This document shows positions 13,508 to 55,516 of a DNA stretch of 64,000 nucleotides, in pieces. The notes beneath the pieces were generated by a model, which was given only the letters and a program-made list of their open reading frames with translations, made no database searches and had not been told where the DNA came from. Location: contig CM035359.1 in assembly GCA_020137815.1 (NCBI GenBank), positions 4,464,001-4,528,000 on the forward strand, in the 5' to 3' direction. Source of the stretch: Hormiphora californensis. Lineage: Eukaryota; Animalia; Ctenophora. The translations under genes and the position numbers were made by a program. Position 1 is the stretch's first letter; the number at the start of each line of letters is the position of its first letter.

Positions 13508-15446
13508 CAGCTACCTTGTGAGTACTGGAAGTGGAAAATACCGGATACCCGGCATCAAATTCTGATGCTAATTGCATCAACATATCTCCCAATATCTTCC
13601 AAACCGCATGGGCGTAGTGCAGAAACTCTCGGAAGCCAGATTATAGGTTTGACTTCATATCAGTGTCAATTTTGACCCACTTCCTGTTGACAGACAAACT
13701 TCTCGGGTATTTTCCAGTAAATTAGGATCATTTGTAGTCTTTTGCGACAAACCGGATGCAAATCGGTCCAGTGGATCGCGTGCAACATCCCTTGAAAGAA
13801 ACGACCCTTTTTGAGGCGGAGCCGACACCTGTGTGTGAGCTCAATCTTGGTCGCGCACGGTGTCTATGTCACCAATGTCAGGCCAATGCTCATAATCTGA
13901 CCCTGACATGTCAGATTTAGTGAGTTTCCGCCATCAACGTACGTCATTTCCTGTATGGCGGCGCGATACCCCATTTGATTCGACAGTGCGCTCAGATGGG
14001 GTCGCGGCGCCAGACACTGACAACGCAGTTCTCACACGCTCCGAGAATAGGTTCAGGCCAATGCTCCAAGTTCTGACAGTGACTTTTCGCCATCAACGTG
14101 TCATTTCCTGTATCGCGGCGCCATACAGGCAATGACACGTTGACGGCACTGCGCTCAGATGGGGTCGCGGCGCCAGAAAGGTCATTACCAACATGTATGC
14201 AATGTCACATGGACCAAACCCAAGGTCGTTTTGTGAGTGTCTGGACTGCAGACTCTGGAGGCGCCGACAGCTAGTTTTTATTCGACAGTAGGTACTATAA
14301 TACTGGGCACTGGCAGACGGCAGTACTATCGAATAAAAACTGCTGGCAGTTATAGTCTACTGCACTGAGCGGTCAGATAGGGTCAGCGCTAAGATAGGGT
14401 CAACATCCCTCTCATCAAAATGAGCTGTCTGGCGCCGCGACCCTATCTGGCGCCGCCATACATCACAAGATGTAGTTTTGTCTTTAACAAATTGAAAGGT
14501 CTTGGGTTCGTTAGTTCCTAATAAATCTTCATAATTGTGACGTGCACAATCAACATATTCCAGAATATAGATTCAACAATAATATAACCTTTTTCAAAAA
14601 TAAAACTCTTTCTTCCCGGTCCCACAGTAGCTTATACATTTTGGTCAACAAAAGTACTTTCTCTCATTCTTTCGAAAGCCATGATATTATTGATATTAAT
14701 TGCACCAGGGGACAATCATATTCGTTAAAAAATCATTTTCAAATCTGTTAATGACTCTCTGAATGACCCTACGAAAACAGAAATACGGCAAAATAACGTC
14801 ATCGAAAAACGGGGGCCTCGAAAACAGTTGTGGATTAAAACTTTCAAAAACAGCTTTACCAAACATTTGGATTTCAACCCACAATTAACTTTGCTGTGAT
14901 CTGCTCGGCGGCGCCGACCCAATCTCAGTGCACTGAGAATCAAAACCGGGCATGCTGTGACACTATTATATGAAAAACTCGTTAAACTGAAACAAGCTAA
15001 GTAAATCATAATATGGATGTCTGGCACCGCGGACCCCATCTGAGCGCACGAATCGGGGTCTGGCGCCACCAGGCCCAGACAGTGTCAGTAATATGGTTTA
15101 TTGGTCTAAGTTACAGTGCTGCTTGTAGTCGTATTACCGTAATGGAAATACAGTAAGGAGACATGCACGTTGCATAACGCGCGGCAAAAAGTGCATGTGT
15201 TCAGCACGTACTAGCGCCCTGATTGGTCACGGTTGCGCGTCGTCTTACTGTATCTCCATTTTCCATTACCGTTTTCCCACTACAAGCGACCGTGTTAGAC
15301 TAGGCAAGATATATATAACTCAAGATAAAATATACACATGTGTAATTGCATTGTTAGGTATTATAGGCGGTCATAGTTATAATGTCTTCTGAAAACCAGC
15401 TTCCAATAATTCTCAACTCCATGTTTATTATAACTCTCTCTCTATT

Positions 15447-46230
<30,784 letters not shown>

Positions 46231-48204
46231 CTAATATATTGAGAGAATAATTAGTAATTAATTAGGCCATTAATAGTACAGAGCAAAAAAATTATCAAGT
46301 TCATAACAAACAATTAAAAAAAGAAAAAATAAAAATGGTGGTTATTGAGCAAACTTGTTGGAGGAGAAAAAGGAAGTTGTGGTTATTTGGGGTTTGTCTT
46401 TTGGGGTTTGGGGGAAGGAAAAGGGAAGTCGGAAAGAAGGGGGGGAAAAAATTTGCGGGGCCCCCCCCTGTATCTGCCCGGCCCTTTTGCCCCGGTCCCC
46501 CCCTTCAAGAAAGGGTAAGAGGGGGAGGAAAATAACTGAATATCAACTCCAACATTTTTGTTAAAGATCATTGACCCAAGTGTTAAATTAAATCCATAAT
46601 TTGGGAATAATTTGGTCAAAACGAAAGTTTTTTTTCCCAAAAAATAAAATTTTTAATCCCGTTAAAAGTATTGAAAGCAGTATTCCCAGCAAAAATAGTT
46701 TTGGGGCATTAAACTTCACCCACTTTTTTGGGGGTTATCTAAATCGGGCTAGTAAGCCCGCGGACCCGAAATTTACCGACCAATGGTCCCCCAGGATCCC
46801 ATTAATCGGGGCCGCAATTTTACTTTCTATCCTGTGCCAGGTTCTTCAGTTTAAAATGTTTTTAATAGCAAGTAGGGGGCTTTTCCCCCCTTTTGGGGTT
46901 TTTGTATTTTCAATCTGTACCTGAACCCTTACTTCAAGAAATAATAAAAGGGGTTTGGGGTAAAAAAATTTAAAAAAAAAATTTTTTAGATTAATTTTAA
47001 ACCCCCCAAAAACCCGGGGGGCAAATTCTACACAAAATTATCACACGCAGTGGAACAAGAAAAATATAAAAATGGATGGGTTATTGATTCAACTTGCTCT
47101 TTCGCGATTAGCTAAAGTAAGAGGGATTATTGGGATGGTTATGGGGGGAAAAAAACAAAATTGTCTTTTCCCTTTTATTCTCTCTCTCTCTCTCTCTTCC
47201 TCTTTCTCTCTCTCTCTCTCTCTCTCCTATCTCCATCTCTCCCCCTTCCCCCCCCCCCCCCCCCCCCCGCTTTCTCTCTCTCCTCCTCATCTCTCTCTCT
47301 CTCTTCTCTCTCTCTCTCGCTCCTGTATCTCTCGCTCTCTCTCTCTCTCTCTCTCTTTTCTCGCTCTCTCTCGCTCTCTCTCTCTCCTCTCTCTATCTGT
47401 CTCATCTCTCTATCTATATCTCCTCCCTAGCACGCATCATCCCCCCTTTGCACCATACTATTCTTCTGCTGCTTACACAACGAACTCATTGACCAAAGTG
47501 ATAAATATGAAAATCGACAGTCAGACGTTGGTATCCATAATTTGGTGACCAAAAACGGTTTGTTTCACAGAATAAATGCAATTTGTATCCCCGTTATTAC
47601 TTGTCACTTGATAATCGCCAGTATTCCCAAGCAAAATGATAGTTTGGGGACAGTTAACCAGCAAAACGATAGTTTGTCATTTGTACTCAGACAGCTAACG
47701 CGACGCTAGTAGCACAGCCGGACTCCCCGGCCGATTTACCGGGGGGGGGTGACAAAAATGGCCTGTGGTCGTGTTGGCGGTGGCCCCGAGGATCCCAGTA
47801 AATCGGGGTCCGACAATTATACTGGTTACTTCAGTGCCAGTGTTTTCAGTCACTAAGATGTAGTTATTTACCTAGCAGGAGGTGGAGGGGGCTGTTCTTC
47901 AGTCGTGGGGTGGGCTGTTTTTAGGATATCATCAAGTCGTGTAGCCTTGATACCCGTCTCACTCTCTAGAGGGAGATATATATGGGATTACGGGATAATT
48001 ATTAGATTTAATTAATCTGCCACCTACAAATCTTGTGTTCTTATTTTATTCATGTTTTTAGGGTTTTTAGTAGGGTTTCGAGTCTTAGTCTTTGAAGCCT
48101 CCCTCTTTGAAACTTTCAAAAGAGTGTTGCACCAGCTGTTATTATCTTCTTCCTCGTGGAGAGTTCATCCTGGATCGATGTAATATGATCACACCACTCT
48201 CTTC

Positions 48205-48300
48205 TCTGATTGGTCGCCAAACAAGTCACGTGATTCAGGATCGCGCTCTGATTGGTCCAGCTCGATCACGTGATATGAGAGAAGGCCTGTAATTGGTTGG
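48205..48300. promoter_or_regulatory. Cluster of CCAAT boxes and CACGTG E-boxes, candidate promoter of the minus-strand host gene
   Basis: ctgattgg twice, tcacgtga twice and aattggttgg, upstream of the most 5' recognisable host exons. Confidence 0.35.
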
Positions 48301-49488
48301 ATGAAGCTCTCTTTGCGCCAGATGGCTTTACGAAATAGGAGACCGAGATGGATGTTAGCCAGAGAAAAGAGGAATGCAAAAAAGAGAAACTCATCTCTGA
48401 TGTGGTATAGAGTTCAGCTCTATGCAATGAACTTTGCAGTGAGGAATACCCGGAAATATACCAGTTGCCTTGCTCGACCCTGTTTCACCGCCCCTGGTAT
48501 AATGATAACATATCAAGATATCAAGATATCAAGATACCAGCTGTGTACCAGAATACCAAACGGAAAACGAATCAAATGGCGTAACCATTTGAATCGTTTC
48601 CCCTTGTTATTCGCTCTTGGGTAACCAGTTGAGCACTCTCGGTGGGAGGCGTCTTCTACGTGTACCAGAACAAAATATATTTCTCTTAATATATTTCTCA
48701 ATCAGATGATAAAATAAATTTCTTAAACCAGGCAGCTTTCTCTAATGTCAAGCTGTAACTGGGATTGTGCCAAGTTCTCTCATTTTACACAGCAGCACAA
48801 CCTCACTACTCCAACTAAAACAGCAGCAGTTCAAGAGATATAGAGTAAACCCTAGACCTAAGACCCCTGTCTGGCGCCGCGGACCCCCATCTAAGTGTCA
48901 AATCGGGGTCCCCGACAGACAGCTATATATATAGACCCACTGATCCCCACCTGATCCCAACCTGATCCCACTATAACACTAACCTGCAGCTGCATTTTTT
49001 CGAGCGGCGGCACGTTCCCTGGACCGGGCTCGCCAATCCTTCCTCTCGCCAATCATAAATATATTGCGCTAGAAACAAATTAATTGGGTTATATTTGTAA
49101 CAAAACAAATTAACTGTGTTAGATTTGTAACAAAACAAGGCTAAACTAATCAGTTGTTCGAGTGTGAGGAAAGAGAGCATTGAAAATAGACACATATATT
49201 TGTGATATACCCAAGTTTACGTTGTTTTACGAGTAGTAAAGCAAAGAATTTAAGGGATATCATTGGATTGGCGTCTCGTGTCCACAATATGAACAGTGCA
49301 AAAGCAGTGTGGGTGAGAAATCGAGAATGGAAGTGAGTGAAGGTGGGATAAGAGGGAGAGGAGGAGAGGAGAGAGAGAAGAGAGAGAGAGAGAGAGCGCA
49401 GGATAAAGAGAGAAGAAGCATAGCGTGCCAGCGAGCAAGCGCTAGCAACTTCCTTCTCTCTCTCTCTCTCTATCTATTCTCTTCTCTT

Positions 49489-49531
<43 letters not shown>

Positions 49532-49732
49532 GGAAATTATATGTTAAAGCAGGGATGTAGAATTGGGAGACAGATTAGGACAATGGCACAAGAGCTCTCT
49601 TTGTATCTTACAGAACAAGGCCAAGGGAAGAGGCTGCTATGAAATGGAAAACAAGGATGACAATAACACGTTGCCAACGACTGTGAAGAAGGCTCTATTC
49701 AGAGATTCAACAAAATTTGATCAGAACTGAAT

Positions 49733-49990
49733 ATTGCTATGGTAACCATGTAGACCTATTCAACATGTTGCTATGGTAACCATGTAGAACTATTCAACAC
49801 GTTGCTATGGTAACCATGTAGACCTATTCAACATGTTGCTATGGCAACCATGTAGACCTATTCAACATGTTGCTATGGTAACCATGTAGACCTATTCAAC
49901 ATGTTGCTATGGTAACCATGTAGACCTATTCAACATGTTGCTATGGTAACCATGTAGACCTATTCAACATGTTGCTATGGTAACCATGTA
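49733..49990. repeat. 34-bp minisatellite (~7.6 copies), each unit holding an RFX X-box-like motif
   Basis: Unit gttgctatggtaaccatgtagacctattcaacat. Confidence 0.9.
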
Positions 49991-51018
49991 AGCCTATAAT
50001 TCAACACATCTAAACACGAGCTACACAGCACTCTGAGCTGGCAGTCAACAATTAACTAATCATTCAGTGCCAGGTGGTTATATGGAATCTGATACATACA
50101 GAGTGGTGTAGCTAGCAAACTGCAAAAGTCAAAACATCTGGAGTTCTGTTATAGCGTGTGTGTGACGTAGTTCAAACCAAAACATTTTGAAATAGAACCA
50201 CGGCCAGCTTCCTTTCTACAGCGCGTGACGTAGACTAGAGAGAGAAGATAAGAAAATAATATTCCACAGTTTGACAAGGGGAAGGTTTTGGTACTCATGG
50301 GGTAAGGGGTTCTCCATTTTCTAAAAAGCGCAAGGATTACGCAAGGATTACACAAGGAAAACGCAAGGTATACGCAAGGATTACGCAAGGATTAAGGTTT
50401 TATGGGGTTTTAGGATACATACCACCCGATACAATAACATGAATAATGTGAATAAGGGAGTTGATAATTAAATAAATGGTCTACGAATATGTTAACATAA
50501 TTTGGCGTCAGTAAGTCAGTAATTCTGAGGCATTGAATGATAAACGTGTTGGATTGTTGGAACACACACTATACCTACATATTGGGCAATAAAGGTGACA
50601 AATGTATTGTTTCACATGCTGAAATTTTCCTCTCGATCTGTCTCTCTCTCTCTCACTTCTAGCTCGCTCCCCCTCTCGGTCTCAGTCAAGTTATACTCAT
50701 AAGATGTCAAATGATAGCTGGCCCGGTCTCCTAACAACTCTATTTATTTTATCATAATTCGTTTTATATTCGATTCTAAGCTGATACGTTTCCATCCCGC
50801 CGGCCCGAGAAGTGAGAACTACAGTCAATGTCAACATTCCAAAATGTTTGTGAAAGGAGCGAGTTTGATGTTTAACAAATTGAATCATATCATCGTCAGC
50901 TGAATATGTTCACAAGCATTTTAGGGCGGGTTCACAAGGGGAAACTCCCCAGAAACTGTAGAATTATGTTTTCATGGCCTCGAATGTATACCCGAATTTA
51001 GAACTTGTAGTTTCAAAA

Positions 51019-51470
51019 CCAAATCAGTCCTATTCCCACCAAATCAGTTCAATTCCCGCCAAATCAGTTCAATTCACACCAAATCAGTTCAATTCCCACC
51101 AAATCAGTTCAATTCCCACCAAATCAGTTCAATTCACACCAAATAAGTTCAATTCCCACCAAATCAGTTCAATTCCCACCAAATCAGTTCAATTCCCACC
51201 AAATCAGTTATATTCCCACCAAACCAGTTCAATTCCCACCAAATCAGTTCAATTCCCACCAAATCAGTTCAATTCCCACCAAATCAGTTAAGTTCCCACC
51301 AAATCAGTTCAATTCCCACCAAATCAGTTCAATTCCCACCAAATCAGTTCAATTCCCACCAAATCAGTTCAATTCCCACCAAATCAGTTCAATTCCCACC
51401 AAATCAGTTCAATTCCCACCAAATCAGTTCAATTCCCACCAAATCAGTTCAATTCACACCAAATCAGTTG
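51019..51470. repeat. 20-bp minisatellite, ~22 copies
   Basis: Unit aaatcagttcaattcccacc. Confidence 0.95.
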
Positions 51471-52771
51471 TATTCCCTTATTTCTCACCATGGGAGAAAC
51501 AAATAAGCTTCTAACAAGCTGCAATGTAGCAACATACACACTACCAGTGAGGGGCATACCAAAATATGTGTTAGTAAGGAGGAAATATCGCAGTAGTGAC
51601 AACACTGTGACACAGAGCAGAGAGCTGCTTCCGTTCTCTCTCTCCCTATCTCTCTCTCTCTCTCTCCTTCTCTCTCTCTCACTCACTCTCTCTCCCATTC
51701 ATCTCAGAGGAAGCACAATGTAAACAAACGCATTCCGAGGATACATTTTCACTTAAAATGATAATGTTCCTACCGACTCAAGTCTCAAATTTTAGACCTT
51801 CTGATTCTAAAATCGCAATGGAGTTTATTCTAAAATAAATATATTATGGAAATTAAGGCATAAAACTCAGAACGATACTAACCATCCAATTGTGCAGCCA
51901 AATTTTGGGTATTAGCCAATATATTTGGTATATTAGGTATGCAGTATATTATGTGATAGGTTATTTCAGTTCTTCAGAACAACTCGGAAGAGGTCGGGGG
52001 AATTATAAATTGTAAAGTAAACATAGGTATCCAAGTGTGGGCATATATAGTGAGAGAGACACAGTGAGAGAGACAGGGAGAAACATAGTCAGAGAGATAG
52101 ATAGAGAGAAACAGCTAGAAACTACTAGAAAGATGTGTGATAGAACATCTCAAAGCTCCAGTATATTCAAGAGAATCTTGTGCATTATGCATCGATTTCC
52201 ATCCTATTAGATGAACGTTTGACAAAATTATTGTAATCCTATATTTTGGTCATTGCATGGGGAAATTATCGATCGCATTTCTAGCTCTCGCCTGTTATAA
52301 AGGAGGGTTGGAGCAAATTACAATTGGGAGAAGTAATAGATAAATAGAGAAAGTTACAAGGGGGGGATTGGGAGAAGTTTAATAGATAAATAGAGACAGC
52401 ACCGGCCACCGTGGGAACGATTTACTTAACCCTCTTTCTGTCTACTCCACACAAATGTAAAAGATGGTTAGAACATAACAAGGATACAAACTTCTACATC
52501 TAGCTAGTTAGAACAATGACCGATTATGTACATACGGTTTACTACCCGCTAACAATGACCTCTATAACAGATCCAGAGGGAACTCACGATGAAAAACAAG
52601 AGAAAGGAAGGAAACAATATATCAAACATTAGGACTCAGGATAAAAAGGGATACCTATATGGAGAGACAAGTTTCGCTACCATCACAATTCTACTAAATT
52701 CCAATTCGACACTTTGTGAGCATGCATCAATCATGGAAAATGTCTCAATTCTCGGTGCCAGAAGATGTTGG

Positions 52772-52832
<61 letters not shown>

Positions 52833-54790
52833 GGGGAGAGAGAGAGAGAGAGAAGCCGAGTGAAATGTCGAGCAAATAGGACTCTCAGCCAGAGCAAGTA
52901 AGCTTACACAAGACACGGCACTTATCTCTTATAATAGTGACAGCTGCTACAGCACTGCTGACTGCTAGTACTGACTTGAATATAAGTCGAGCGTTATTCT
53001 TTTAGTTAAAGTAACAAACTCTCCCTGCTACATGGTTAGATTAGTTTTGGAACACAATAAATAGAACTAAATAATACCACGCACTCAGCCTAGGCAGGTC
53101 CGTGTGAACTGTGATCCCCTATATCGACTAACTTTCGAGTTTCTACAGTTGTTTCAAGGAAGTTGGTGCCTTGCTCGACCCTGTTTCACCGCACCCCACA
53201 CGGGAAACAAATTTAAATGAGGGTTAGAACATAACAAGGAAGTTGCGTGGGAGAGACCGATTAAGACAAGTATATGACTGAGAAATACTCTTTATTTGTG
53301 TTCATGAAATATGAATATATCCAGGAACGGAATGCAGCTCAAACCGAAGTAAAGAGAACCTACACACAGCAGGGATCAGATGTGGCTAGAAAGAGGAGCC
53401 GGCCTGGAGTGAGAGAGAGAGGGAGAGAGAGAATCTTGGTGAGCATCTGATAGATGTAAAGGGAAGAGAGAAAGGATTGCGATGTGCTCTCTCTCTCCTT
53501 GTGCGACCTCTAAATTCCCATCTCAGGTTTCACGGTCCAGGTAGCTCCCTAATCACATTTGGAATGGGATGGAGGAGAGAGAAATGATATGAAGGATAGA
53601 GCTTGAGAATGAGATGAAGGAGAGAGGGAGAGAGAGATACTCGGAAAGAGTGAGTGAGAGAGAGAGACTAGGATTGAATGATGGACACAATATGGAAGGG
53701 GAAGAATGATCCCGGGGAGGTTTGGAGATTGATGAAGCAGCACAGTGGGAGAAAAAGAGAGAGAGAGAGAGTGTGTTGAGGAATGAGATTTCTATTCACT
53801 CTCTAGGGTTGAGGGAGTCTGAGTGCTGGTAATTGGGTGCTAATACGAAGTGGCAAATTGTGTAGGCCCCTGGGTACCGATAACAACAAATTCTTTTGTG
53901 GTCCACAAAGTCATTTTATTTATAAAATGATGCGCTCAGTGCTCTTTGAGGATTCGGTATAGATCAATAAATATTCACAGATCAGTCAGGGCTTGGAAGT
54001 AAAAACTGGAGATATTATCTTAATGGTTTTGGAGGCCTGGTGTCCAGATGCATCCATTATGTGACAAGTCATGTAACACCCTTAGTTGAGATGGGCTGTA
54101 ACTGGTAAAAACATGCTTGTCAAGGGCCGTTTGGAAATTGGAATTGGGAACTAATTCGCTATTCACTGTATGGAAAACTTTATGTATCCTCAGCAGTCAA
54201 CATCATAATGATTAAAAAGAGACCTGTCACCTGCCAGTCAGGCTGTATGTCATCCTGAACTAACAACAATGTTTTACTTTGGGCGACTTTCCACGATATT
54301 TCCAGACGAGGGAGGCATAAGAAGATTTTTGGATGTACTGCATGAGGTGGGACATGGGACTCAGGGAAACTTCCGAAATGGTACCGTGACTGCTGATCGT
54401 GTGCCGCAGGCCGCTACAGGCTAAAACAGTCTACAGCTGATGACTGATCACATCGCGTGCGATGTCTCAATTCTCAAATGTGAAGAAAGTACACAATCTG
54501 CGAATGCGTAAAGGTTTCTTAACTTTTCTTCTGGTATTATTTCATGGGAGTCAGGAGTGTGTGACCTTACGGGAATGACCCGAGAGTGACCCGGGCCGGG
54601 ACCGGGGACTATGAAGAAATATTCTGGTTTAAGAGGGGCATCGATCATAATTGGAGAAATTTAATGCTCCCATAAGGATTCATTGATGAATTTTAACTAA
54701 TGAAGCATCAGAAGCCATAGCTGGAAGCGAAAGAAAGAACGGAACGACGAAAACAGGAACCGGGGCGGACGAGATTAGTTGAAAATTTCA

Positions 54791-55318
54791 GGAAAACGTT
54801 AAAATCTGGGTGCCTTTCATTGCTAACAATTCGTAGTTTTGGCGCGCGCGACGGGTTAGGGCTATCCGTTAGGGTCTGGTTAGGGTTTGGTTTGGGGTTA
54901 CCGGTTAGGGCTATCGATTCTCTAACTGATACCGTTTAGTTTACACAAATCGGCCATGTGGTTCCATGGCTATAGCCGTTTGAAAAAAGTCGGTCTAAGT
55001 ATACTCTTTTGGCAGCGCGCACCTGTAAACAGGCTGCAAGGCACCGGGCGCGATTATAATCTGGGTGCCTTGCAGCGTGTTTACAGGTGCGCGCTGCCAA
55101 AAGAGTACACTTAGACCGACTTTTTTCAAACGGCTATAGCCACGCAACCACATGGCCAATTTGAGTAAACTAAACGGTAACTGATAGAGAATCGATAGCC
55201 CTAACCGATAACCCCAAACCAAACCCTAACCAGACCCTAACGGATAGCCCTAACCCGTCGCGCGCGCCAAAACTACGAATTGTTAGCAATGAAAGGCACC
55301 CAGATTTTAACGTTTTCC
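54791..55318. mobile_element. 528-bp palindromic element with TTAGGG-like motifs in its arms
   Basis: ggaaaacgttaaaatctgggtgcc ... ggcacccagattttaacgttttcc; arms are complementary to the centre. Confidence 0.85.
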
Positions 55319-55516
55319 GAACCGGAACGAATTTTTTTTTTTCAAAGTTGAAATTTTCAGCAGGCGGCGCGGCAAGTTTTTCTAATGCGCGGCTTTTGCA
55401 ACGCGCAAATAGTAAGCCGCGCGTACAAAATTCAAGATGAGCGTTTTCGTTTGTAATTTTCACGAACAAATTAAAAATGAACATAACATAACCACATTCC
55501 CTTACATCAACAAAAA

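Noticed and set aside
50697-54648. Possible exons at 50697-50905, 52636-52770 and 54448-54648
   Set aside because: They could not be linked into a frame-consistent gene or assigned to a family by eye.
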